Shown here: positions 15,664 to 23,105 of the stretch, one piece after another
Layout of the letters: each line of letters opens with the position of its first letter
Position numbering within the stretch: the first letter of the stretch is position 1
DNA from: Candidatus Nanosynbacter lyticus
GTDB lineage: Bacteria > Patescibacteriota > Saccharimonadia > Saccharimonadales > Saccharimonadaceae
Assembly: GCF_000803625.1 (NCBI RefSeq)
Contig: NZ_CP007496.1
Location: 150,001 to 182,000, forward strand
Length of the DNA stretch: 32,000 bases
Direction of reading: 5' to 3'
Notes under the pieces: model-generated
Database searches by the model: none
What the model saw: the letters and a program-made list of their open reading frames with translations, nothing else
What the model was told of the DNA's origin: nothing
Translations under genes and position numbers: made by a program

Positions 15664-16723
15664 CGTTCTTCGCTTTTAATTCACGCTCATATCTCTGTAG
15701 ATTCTCAATCAAATCGTCGATATCCCCGTTCATTGCAGCGGGGATATTGCTGCGGCTGTAGTGAATGCGGTGGTCGGTAATGCGATCTTGTGGGAAGTTG
15801 TAGGTGCGAATCTTCTCTGAGCGGTCGCCAGTTCCAACCAGAGAGCGACGCTCGGCGGTTAATTTTGCGTTTTCCTCATCAATTTTCATTTGTAATAGGC
15901 GTGAACGTAGCACACTGAGTGCTTTTTCCTTGTTTTTAATCTGAGATTTCTCGTCTTGGTTGGTAACGACAATACCGGTCGGCAGGTGGGTGATACGCAC
16001 TGCTGAGTCGGTGGTGTTGACGCTCTGACCACCATGTCCGCCTGAGCGGAATACGTCGACCCGGAGGTCGTTCGCATTTATCTCGACATCAGCCTCTTCA
16101 GCTTCTGGCAATACCGCAACCGTGGCGGTTGAAGTGTGAACTCGTCCTTGACTTTCGGTAACTGGCACACGTTGGACTCGATGTACGCCGCCCTCAAATT
16201 TTAATTGAGCGTATGGTGAGTCTCCCTTAATACTAAAGATTACTTCTTTATAGCCGCCAGAATCGTTGGGTGATTGGTCGATCAGTTTAGTTCGGTAATT
16301 GTGTGCCTCGCACCAGCGTAAATACATGCGGTATAGTTCCGCCGCGAATAATGACGCTTCGTCGCCGCCTGCACCGGCACGTATTTCCATGATGATATTT
16401 TTTTCGTCGTTAGGGTCTTTGGGGGTGAGTAGGATAAACAACTCTTCTTCAAGTTCTGCCAACCTCGCTTCGGTTTCAGCAATTTCCACTTTTGCTAGTT
16501 CTGCCAATTCATCACCGCCAGTAGCGAGTTCTTTGGCTTCCGCTAAATTGCTAGTTAACTGCTGACGCTCAGTTGCTTTTGCAATCAAGGTTTCCAACTC
16601 TGAAAATCGCTTATTTTTTGCTGTAAAATCTGGTGCATTATAAGCGTCTGGTCGTGCTAAAAAATCGCCCAGCTCGGATCGCTCAGCGTTTAATGCTTCT
16701 ATATCTAGTGCGATTTTAGTCAT
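15653..16723 (-). CDS. prfA: Peptide chain release factor 1
   Basis: GGQ motif ([23 protein letters not shown]) and the RF1-type PVT tripeptide ([14 protein letters not shown]). Confidence 0.97.
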   Translation of the reverse strand: MTKIALDIEALNAERSELGDFLARPDAYNAPDFTAKNKRFSELETLIAKATERQQLTSNLAEAKELATGGDELAELAKVEIAETEARLAELEEELFILLTPKDPNDEKNIIMEIRAGAGGDEASLFAAELYRMYLRWCEAHNYRTKLIDQSPNDSGGYKEVIFSIKGDSPYAQLKFEGGVHRVQRVPVTESQGRVHTSTATVAVLPEAEEADVEINANDLRVDVFRSGGHGGQSVNTTDSAVRITHLPTGIVVTNQDEKSQIKNKEKALSVLRSRLLQMKIDEENAKLTAERRSLVGTGDRSEKIRTYNFPQDRITDHRIHYSRSNIPAAMNGDIDDLIENLQRYERELKAKNANH

Positions 16724-16731
16724 ACTATAAA

Positions 16732-16740
16732 ATTATACCA
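16732..16740 (-). promoter_or_regulatory. Extended -10 TGGTATAAT 8 nt upstream of the prfA ATG (leaderless candidate)
   Basis: The minus strand reads TGGTATAAT-TTTATAGT-ATG(16723). Confidence 0.5.
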
Positions 16741-16828
16741 CAGGCAAGCTGACTTATGTGCTGCAAAGATGTGCGGAGATTGTGATATATTATGTCGTGG
16801 CGTAACGATTGTCACGTTGGACTAGCCG

Positions 16829-16837
16829 TGCTTTAAT
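16829..16837 (+). promoter_or_regulatory. Extended -10 TGCTTTAAT 6 nt upstream of the ung ATG (leaderless candidate)
   Basis: TGCTTTAAT-GAGAGT-ATG(16844). Confidence 0.45.
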
Positions 16838-16843
16838 GAGAGT

Positions 16844-17506
16844 ATGAAGTTTGCAACCTGGCGTGAGTTTGTTGAGGATCAGGCTGAACAGCCTTATTTT
16901 CGGGCGTTGATGAATCGGGTTGATGCGGAGCGTGAGAGATTTGATATTTATCCGCCACGTCAGGATATGTTTTCATGTTTCGCGGCTTGCTCGCTGGACA
17001 GAGTGAAAGTGGTAATCATTGGGCAAGACCCGTATCACGGGCCAGGGCAGGCGCATGGTATGAGTTTTTCGGTGCGTCCTAGCGTGAAATTGCCACCAAG
17101 TTTGCAAAATATATTCAAAGAGCTTGTGGATAATATCGGCGGTGATATGCCGACTAGTGGTTTTTTGGAACCGTGGGGCAAGCAGGGCGTGCTGATGATG
17201 AACACTAGTTGGAGCGTTCGTCGTGGCCAGGCGGGTAGTCATGCCGGATATGGTTGGATGGAATTTTCCGAAAATTTACTAAAAATGCTTAATAATTATG
17301 ATCAGCCGCTAGTATTTATCCTTTGGGGTGCGCACGCTCAAAAAGTTGGACAGGCGATTACTAATCCGAAACATTTGAAAATATCTAGTGCGCATCCGTC
17401 GCCGTTTTCGGCGCATCGAGGGTTCTTTGGTAGTCGGCCGTTCTCGCGTGCTAATGATTTTCTGGTGCAACAGGGTCGCGAGGCAATTGACTGGCAGCTG
17501 CCTTGA
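16844..17506 (+). CDS. ung: Uracil-DNA glycosylase (family 1)
   Basis: Motifs GQDPYHGPGQAHGMSFSV and HPSPFSA. Confidence 0.95.
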   Translation: MKFATWREFVEDQAEQPYFRALMNRVDAERERFDIYPPRQDMFSCFAACSLDRVKVVIIGQDPYHGPGQAHGMSFSVRPSVKLPPSLQNIFKELVDNIGGDMPTSGFLEPWGKQGVLMMNTSWSVRRGQAGSHAGYGWMEFSENLLKMLNNYDQPLVFILWGAHAQKVGQAITNPKHLKISSAHPSPFSAHRGFFGSRPFSRANDFLVQQGREAIDWQLP

Positions 17507-17550
17507 TTGATGAAGGACAAGTTTTATGTGGTATTACGCTACTTATTAAT

Positions 17551-17580
17551 AAAAAACCACCCAACTATTGGGTGGTTTTT
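17551..17580. terminator. Bidirectional intrinsic terminator between ung and rpmE
   Basis: A6, then CCACCCA (17557-17563), a 5-nt loop, TGGGTGG (17569-17575), then T5. It lies between convergent genes. Confidence 0.75.
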
Positions 17581-17596
17581 AAAGCGCAATACCTTA

Positions 17597-17953
17597 CTAT
17601 TTGCTAGATTTCTTAGCCTTTTTATCTGATTTTGGAGAATCAGCTTTTGTGGCTTTATTGGCGTTAGCTTTCTTGGCTTTATTTGCCAATTCGGCACGGC
17701 GAGCTTCAGCTGCTGCCTGACGTGCCTTAAAGCGATCAACACGACCTTCGGTGTCGATAATCTTTTCCTCGCCAGTAAAGAATGGGTGTGAAGCTGACGA
17801 GATGTGGACTTTCACGAGAGGGTAGGTATTGCCGTCTTCCCATTTGATGGTGTCTGTTGTCTGCGCTGTTGACTGAGTCAAGAACGCAAAGCCCGCTTGA
17901 TCGTCGCTAAATACGACAGGGCGATAGTTCTGTGGGTGAATACTGCTTTTCAT
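17597..17953 (-). CDS. rpmE: 50S ribosomal protein L31, type B (no CxxC), with Lys/Ala-rich C-terminal extension
   Basis: [29 protein letters not shown]...[20 protein letters not shown] with no Cys pairs. It carries about 40 extra residues ([39 protein letters not shown]). Confidence 0.9.
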   Translation of the reverse strand: MKSSIHPQNYRPVVFSDDQAGFAFLTQSTAQTTDTIKWEDGNTYPLVKVHISSASHPFFTGEEKIIDTEGRVDRFKARQAAAEARRAELANKAKKANANKATKADSPKSDKKAKKSSK

Positions 17954-17962
17954 AACCTTGGT

Positions 17963-17991
17963 ATTTTAGCAAAAAACCGCAGGTATTGCAA
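17963..17991 (-). promoter_or_regulatory. Promoter TTGCAA-17-(TGC)TAAAAT, 9 nt upstream of the rpmE ATG
   Basis: The minus strand reads TTGCAA (17991-17986), a 17-nt spacer ending in TGC, TAAAAT (17968-17963), ACCAAGGTT, then ATG(17953). Confidence 0.5.
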
Positions 17992-18019
17992 TATTTACCG
18001 AAAGGGGAGTGCGGACGCC

Positions 18020-18049
18020 TTGACGTATACGTAAAAAGTAGCGCATAAT
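18020..18049 (+). promoter_or_regulatory. Promoter TTGACG-18-CATAAT for the 18085 gene
   Basis: -35 at 18020-18025 and -10 at 18044-18049. The -35 overlaps the palindrome ACGTATACGT (18023-18032). Confidence 0.4.
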
Positions 18050-18084
18050 TACAAATGAGATATCCTAATTTAGGAGGAGGAATC

Positions 18085-18741
18085 ATGCAAGAGAGTTCTA
18101 CTATATATAATAAGAACATAGGTGTTAGATCGGGGTATTTAACAGGAGAAGCTCTCCGTCGTTCTAAGGAGTTGGCTATGGCGAAAGAGGTAGGGATGAT
18201 ATTAGAAAATCCTGATAAAACCGAATCTTTTGAGCTATATAATTCGGGAGAGCCAGAGCATATGATAGCGCTAGTTGGCGGTGAGTTTGGGGTTAGAATG
18301 GAGCAGACGCCGGGTAGGCCTAAAGAGGTAACTGCAAAATTATTTAGGCCTCATGAGACGATTCAAGATTCATATAGAGAAGTGTTGCTAGATATCCACA
18401 CTTCGGTTGTAGCCTTTGATGCGCGTCGTATATGCGTAGAAGATGGAGTTCCTTCGGGAGAAAAAGTTTCATTGCTATTCTTTAAGCTGTCAGCAAACGT
18501 ATCGGGTGAGCCAACTCCGCCTATGACCGTGGAAGATTTGAACCGTAAGACTAGTACTTATGGCGCCGTCGTTTCGGATAGTGGAATTGAGTATTTTGAG
18601 TTTACTGAAGATTGTGATGTTAAAAAGGTATCTTCTATAAATTCGCCTCTAGATACTAGTTTAGAAAGAATAGAGCTTAGCGAGGAATTGGAAAAATTCG
18701 TTCAATCTCGTCAAGGGGTGGTTGCCTCTGACGGTGATTAG
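18085..18741 (+). CDS. Hypothetical cytoplasmic protein (218 aa)
   Basis: A strong SD AGGAGGAGG (18072-18080) lies 4 nt before the ATG at 18085, which I prefer over the ORF-track start at 18055. I recognise no family motif and see no TM helix or signal peptide. Confidence 0.65.
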   Translation: MQESSTIYNKNIGVRSGYLTGEALRRSKELAMAKEVGMILENPDKTESFELYNSGEPEHMIALVGGEFGVRMEQTPGRPKEVTAKLFRPHETIQDSYREVLLDIHTSVVAFDARRICVEDGVPSGEKVSLLFFKLSANVSGEPTPPMTVEDLNRKTSTYGAVVSDSGIEYFEFTEDCDVKKVSSINSPLDTSLERIELSEELEKFVQSRQGVVASDGD

Positions 18742-18750
18742 TGGTACAAT
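18742..18750 (+). promoter_or_regulatory. Extended -10 TGGTACAAT for rpsB-tsf
   Basis: TGn plus TACAAT, 77 nt upstream of the rpsB ATG. The leader contains a hairpin at 18778-18808. Confidence 0.45.
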
Positions 18751-18827
18751 TGCCAAGTAACTAATTTTAATGACACAATCCGTTTCACACTCCAAATCGT
18801 GAGCGGATGAGGCAAAAGGAGAAGGAA

Positions 18828-19556
18828 ATGTCTGTAAAGGTAGACATTAAGGCTTTGCTGGAGTCAGGTGTTCACTTTGGACACAAAACCAGCCGCTGGC
18901 ACCCAAAGATGGCGCCATATATTCACAGTAAGCGTCAGGACAGTCACATCATTGACTTGGTCAAGACGGTTGAAGCTTTGGACAAGGCGCTACCAGAACT
19001 AACAAAAATTGCAGCATCAGGCCGCAAAGTATTGTTTGTTGGTACGAAAAAGCAGGCTAAAGACGTTGTGCGTCAGGCAGCTGAAAAAATCAATCAGCCA
19101 TATGTGGTTGAGCGCTGGATTGGTGGTATGTTGACCAACGGTTCAACGATTACTCAGCAGATCAAGAAGCTGAAGAACCTGGAAAAGCGCATGGCGTCAG
19201 GTGATTTGGAAAAGCGCTACAACAAACTGGAAGTGCAGCGTTTCCAAGAGGAAATTGATAGCTTGAACATTAAGTATGGCGGCATCAAAGACTTGATGGG
19301 CAAGCCAGGCGCAGTGGTCGTGGTTGATGCATTGACTGATGCAAATGCAGTTCGCGAAGCTCAGACGTTGGGCGTGCCAGTATTTGCTATCGTTGATACC
19401 AATGTCAATCCAACTGGCATTGACTACGTTATCCCAGGTAACGATGACGCCATCAAGGGTATTCAATTGTTGTTGGATTATTTCACCGAAGCTGTTGCTG
19501 AAGGTGCGGGTAGTGTAAAAACTGAAGAAAAACCAGTGAAAAAAGAGGAGAAATAG
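18828..19556 (+). CDS. rpsB: 30S ribosomal protein S2
   Basis: MSVKVDIKALLESGVHFGHKTSRWHPKM. SD AAGGAGAAGG lies at 18816-18825. I prefer the ATG at 18828 over 18807. Confidence 0.96.
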   Translation: MSVKVDIKALLESGVHFGHKTSRWHPKMAPYIHSKRQDSHIIDLVKTVEALDKALPELTKIAASGRKVLFVGTKKQAKDVVRQAAEKINQPYVVERWIGGMLTNGSTITQQIKKLKNLEKRMASGDLEKRYNKLEVQRFQEEIDSLNIKYGGIKDLMGKPGAVVVVDALTDANAVREAQTLGVPVFAIVDTNVNPTGIDYVIPGNDDAIKGIQLLLDYFTEAVAEGAGSVKTEEKPVKKEEK

Positions 19557-19557
19557 G

Positions 19558-20154
19558 ATGGGCGTTTCTGTTGATGACATTAAAAAATTGCGCGAATTGA
19601 CAGGTGTAGGTTTGACTGATGCCAAAAAAGCGTTGGTTGAAGCTGATGGCGACTTTGATAAGGCACTGGAAGAGATGCGCAAAAAAGGTTTGACCAAAGC
19701 TGAGAAAAAGGGCGACCGCGAAGCGCGTGAGGGTTTGATTGAGAGCTATGTTCACTCTGGTCGAATTGGCGTGATTGTCGAGGTTAACTGTGAGACTGAC
19801 TTTGTGGCACGTTTAGATGATTTTAAGACATTGGCGCACGAAATCGCTATGCAGATTGCAGCCATGAACCCGAAGTATGCTTCTACGGAGGATATTCCAG
19901 CTGAAGAGATGGAGCGGGTGAAGGCTGAGTTGATGGCGAGCGAAGCACTAGCAAGCAAGCCTGAAGAGATGCGCGAGAAGATCGTAGCTGGTCAGCTGAA
20001 CAAGCACTTTGCTGAGCAGGTTCTTATGAGTCAGGCGTACATTTTGGACGATTCTAAGACTGTTGAACAGCACATTAAGGAAGCGATTGCTAAATTGGGC
20101 GAGAACATTGTGGTTCGCCAATTTAAGCGAATTGAACTTGGTGTCAGCGAATAG
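19558..20154 (+). CDS. tsf: Elongation factor Ts (short form, 198 aa)
   Basis: IKKLRELTGVGLTDAKKALVEADGDFDKALEEMRKKG. It starts 1 nt after the rpsB stop. Confidence 0.95.
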   Translation: MGVSVDDIKKLRELTGVGLTDAKKALVEADGDFDKALEEMRKKGLTKAEKKGDREAREGLIESYVHSGRIGVIVEVNCETDFVARLDDFKTLAHEIAMQIAAMNPKYASTEDIPAEEMERVKAELMASEALASKPEEMREKIVAGQLNKHFAEQVLMSQAYILDDSKTVEQHIKEAIAKLGENIVVRQFKRIELGVSE

Positions 20155-20172
20155 ATTTTACGCACAGAAAAG

Positions 20173-20208
20173 AAATCGGTTGCAGCAATGTGGCCGATTT
20201 TTTGTTTT
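20173..20208 (+). terminator. Intrinsic terminator after tsf
   Basis: Stem AAATCGG (20173-20179) pairs with CCGATTT (20194-20200). The tract TTTGTTTT follows. Confidence 0.55.
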
Positions 20209-20272
20209 GTCAATAGTTACCATAAGTATATTGACAATATCACAAATATATTCCAGCATGACGATAAAACGC

Positions 20273-20298
20273 ATCCGCCTTCTTATGAGAGGGCGGAT
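20273..20298 (-). terminator. Intrinsic terminator immediately after the recF stop
   Basis: A 10-bp stem pairs 20273-20282 with 20289-20298 (ATCCGCCTTC/GAGGGCGGAT, one G-U pair). On the minus strand it is followed by GCGTTTTAT. The recF TAA lies at 20301-20303. Confidence 0.6.
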
Positions 20299-20300
20299 TT

Positions 20301-21353
20301 TTATTGCGTGGAAATAATGAGACAGCCATCTTTTTGGTGGCGTGAGTCTGTCGTGGTGACGATGAATTGATGATGCTGAATGGTTTCCTGGAGGAGTTTT
20401 TCGCGGGTGGCGTCTAGCTCCGAGAAAACGTCGTCTAGTAGAATTAATGGTCGCGATTGGCTGATTTCTGTTTGGAGCTCCAATTCTAGTAGCTTAAAGG
20501 CTAGCATAATAGTGCGCATTTCGCCGCGCGAGGCGACCTTAATGGCGGGCTGGTCATGGAGAAAAATTGTGAAATCTTCACGGTGTGGGCCGACAGAAGT
20601 GAAGCCTGTAGCAATTTCATATTCGCGAGCTTTCTCTAGGTGGTTAAGTAAAGATTGGTCGTAGTTTTTTAGGGGTGCAGTGGTGCTATACTCTATTGAT
20701 AATTGTGTGTTTTTTCCTGCTAGTGATTCGTATAAGTTTTTTATACGAGGCTCGTTAGCTTGGAGAAATTTAGCTCTTTTTTGGGCGATGTTGGTTGCGT
20801 ATTGAACAAATTTTATATCCCATGCAAACAGGTTATCGCGCCAGATTTGCGAATCTTCTTGATGTGATTTTAGGAGCTCGTTACGCTGTAATAGTGTGCG
20901 ATTGAAGGCTCGCAGGTCAGTGTCGTATTTGGAGTCAAGCCGAGCAATTAGCCCATCTAGAAAATCACGCCTGCGGGAAGGAGAGGAGGAAATTAAACGT
21001 AGCTCACTTGGCTCAAATAAGACTACGGGAAGACGACTTTTTCTGGTCAAGGCTTTTGATTTATTATCGTTAATGATGAATTCTTTGCTAATTTTTCCTG
21101 ATGCTGTGTTTAATTTAATTCGCCTTGCGCCAAAGTCTCCCTCTAGGTGAATAACTGTTTGAGGGGCATTAAATGTCATGCAGTCACTAAGACTGCCACG
21201 AAAACTGCTACCGCGTAAGGCTACGTAAACCGCTTCAAGTAGATTTGTTTTGCCGGTGCCGTTTGGTCCAACGATAACTGTGCCAGAATCACTAAAAGTT
21301 GCTTCATGTAGGCTGTAAGATCGGAAATTATATAGCTTAATCTTAGAAATCAC
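20301..21353 (-). CDS. recF: DNA replication and repair protein RecF
   Basis: IKLYNFRSY, Walker A GPNGTGKTNLLEA and Walker B LILLDDVFSELD. It has a GTG start. Confidence 0.92.
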   Translation of the reverse strand: MISKIKLYNFRSYSLHEATFSDSGTVIVGPNGTGKTNLLEAVYVALRGSSFRGSLSDCMTFNAPQTVIHLEGDFGARRIKLNTASGKISKEFIINDNKSKALTRKSRLPVVLFEPSELRLISSSPSRRRDFLDGLIARLDSKYDTDLRAFNRTLLQRNELLKSHQEDSQIWRDNLFAWDIKFVQYATNIAQKRAKFLQANEPRIKNLYESLAGKNTQLSIEYSTTAPLKNYDQSLLNHLEKAREYEIATGFTSVGPHREDFTIFLHDQPAIKVASRGEMRTIMLAFKLLELELQTEISQSRPLILLDDVFSELDATREKLLQETIQHHQFIVTTTDSRHQKDGCLIISTQ

Positions 21354-21359
21354 TCTGTT

Positions 21360-21368
21360 ATTATATCA
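21360..21368 (-). promoter_or_regulatory. Extended -10 TGATATAAT 6 nt upstream of the recF GTG (leaderless candidate)
   Basis: The minus strand reads TGATATAAT-AACAGA-GTG(21353). Confidence 0.45.
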
Positions 21369-21409
21369 CGGGCCAATAGGTGAAATTAGCAGACAAGGCG
21401 CCTGAAGTT

Positions 21410-21418
21410 TGGTATAAT
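21410..21418 (+). promoter_or_regulatory. Extended -10 TGGTATAAT for the frr operon
   Basis: TGn plus TATAAT, 25 nt upstream of the ATG at 21444. SD GGAGG lies at 21434-21438. Confidence 0.5.
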
Positions 21419-21443
21419 AGCGGTAGATAAATTGGAGGAATAT

Positions 21444-21998
21444 ATGTTTGATACAAACCCTTATGAAGAGAAAATGAATGCCGCATTTGGCTTTTTCCAA
21501 GATGAATTGAAGAAAGTTCGAACGGGCCGAGCGCATGCTGGAATGTTGGATGGTGTTATGGTTGAGGCTTATGGTACAAAAATGCCGCTTAATCAAGTGG
21601 CTAATATTACTGCACCAGAAGCTCAGATGCTGCTGGTGACGCCATTTGATCCAGGAAATATTACTGCAATTACTTCTGCAATTCGCGACAACCAGAGTCT
21701 AGGATTTAATCCGTCTGACGATGGGCGAGTGGTGCGCGTGCCAGTTCCAGCCTTAACTGAAGAGCGTCGTCGTCAGCTAGTAAAACAGGTGAGCGAGAAG
21801 GTTGAGGAAGCCCGAATTGCGATGCGAAATATTCGTCAGGATGCATTAAAGGACGCCAAGCGAATGAAGGATGCAAAAGAGCTAAGCGAAGATGACTTGA
21901 AGTTGGTCGAGAAGGAAGTTGATAGCTTAATGAGTAAAATGCAGGCGCAAATTGATGAGGCGTTTAAGGCGAAGGAAAAGGACGTCTTGACTGTTTAA
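21444..21998 (+). CDS. frr: Ribosome recycling factor
   Basis: MFDTNPYEEKMNAAFGFFQDELKKVRTGRAHAGMLDGVMVEAYG. I prefer the ATG at 21444 with its SD over the TTG at 21432. Confidence 0.95.
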   Translation: MFDTNPYEEKMNAAFGFFQDELKKVRTGRAHAGMLDGVMVEAYGTKMPLNQVANITAPEAQMLLVTPFDPGNITAITSAIRDNQSLGFNPSDDGRVVRVPVPALTEERRRQLVKQVSEKVEEARIAMRNIRQDALKDAKRMKDAKELSEDDLKLVEKEVDSLMSKMQAQIDEAFKAKEKDVLTV

Positions 21999-22417
21999 TG
22001 AGCGAAACTTTTGCTGATAGAGTAAAAGAGTTGGGGCTGCCTCTTGAGCAGATTATTGTTATTGGCAGTGGTATTTTAGACCAATTAGGAATTCGTCGGG
22101 CTGAAGATGTTGATATTGCAGCGAGCTCTGAGTTGATAAAAAAACTTTCTAAAGATTATGGCGATTGGACCAGAAAACTTGATGGTAATCAGCGTCCGTA
22201 TTTTGTAAAGACTGATGGTTCGGCTGAGCTGTGGGACGGTTGGGAGTTTGACGGTCAGGTTGTTGGTTATGACGATTTATTGAGCCATTCAGTGGTGTAT
22301 GATAACGTTAGGTTCGTTAATCTGGAATTTCTACGAAGATGGAAAAATTGGCGCGGGCGAGAAAAAGATATTCGAGATGTTGAATTAATTGATGAGTGGA
22401 GGGTGAGAAATGAATAG
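21998..22417 (+). CDS. Nucleotidyltransferase-fold (Pol-beta superfamily-like) protein, function unknown
   Basis: GSGILDQLGIRRAEDVDI fits the hG[GS]x9-13Dh[DE]h motif (22064-22117). The C-terminus carries GREKDIRDVELI. It overlaps the frr stop (TAATG) and the uppS start (ATGAATAG). Confidence 0.65.
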   Translation: MSETFADRVKELGLPLEQIIVIGSGILDQLGIRRAEDVDIAASSELIKKLSKDYGDWTRKLDGNQRPYFVKTDGSAELWDGWEFDGQVVGYDDLLSHSVVYDNVRFVNLEFLRRWKNWRGREKDIRDVELIDEWRVRNE

Positions 22418-23105
22418 AAAATCAGAGTTGCCGCAACATATTGGTTTTATCGTGGATGGAAATCGGCGATGGGCCAAACAGCATGGTTTACCGGCGTACG
22501 AAGGTCACTTGGCGGGCTATAATGCACTGAAAGATGTGGCTTTAGAAACGCTTCAGAGTGGCGTAAAATATGTCAGTGCTTATGTTTTTAGTACGGAAAA
22601 TTGGAAACGGTCAGAGGACGAAGTTGGCCACTTGATGAAATTGCTATTAAAGATGCTGAAGGCTGATTTGCCGGCATTTATTGAGAACAATATACGCTTG
22701 AGGGTGATTGGATCTAGGGATGAGTTGTCGGATGCACTAGTTGAGGCAATTGACGATGCTGAAGCAAAGACAGCTAATTTAGATAGTGGCGAATTGGTCT
22801 TATGTCTAAATTATGGTGGACATTTGGAGATCGCTGATGCGGTTAAAAAGATTGTTCAATCTGGGGTTCTTGCCGAGGATGTTACACCGGAGTTAGTAGC
22901 GAAAAATATATATGCACCAGATGTGCCGCCTTGTGATTTGATTGTTAGGACTTCTAGTGAGCAGCGTCTCAGTAATTTTATGTTGTGGCGTTCGGCCTAT
23001 AGCGAGCTGATGTTTGTGGAGAAAAACTGGCCAGACATGACGACTGACGATGTGGCGGTGATTTTAGAGGAGTATGCTAATCGGAATAGGCGGTTTGGCA
23101 AATGA
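22410..23105 (+). CDS. uppS: Undecaprenyl-diphosphate synthase (cis-prenyltransferase)
   Basis: Motifs GFIVDGNRRWAK, FSTENWKR and RTSSEQRLSNFMLWRSAYSEL. Confidence 0.95.
   Translation: MNRKSELPQHIGFIVDGNRRWAKQHGLPAYEGHLAGYNALKDVALETLQSGVKYVSAYVFSTENWKRSEDEVGHLMKLLLKMLKADLPAFIENNIRLRVIGSRDELSDALVEAIDDAEAKTANLDSGELVLCLNYGGHLEIADAVKKIVQSGVLAEDVTPELVAKNIYAPDVPPCDLIVRTSSEQRLSNFMLWRSAYSELMFVEKNWPDMTTDDVAVILEEYANRNRRFGK

Noticed and set aside
9272-23105. Possible alternative genetic code (UGA recoding), as in some candidate-phyla bacteria, given that only RF1 is seen here.
   Set aside because: TGA functions as a stop in the ATGA overlaps at 9272-9275 and 23102-23105 and at the end of the 1019-1711 gene. 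All conserved proteins translate at full length with the standard code. The absence of prfB from a 32-kb window says nothing.
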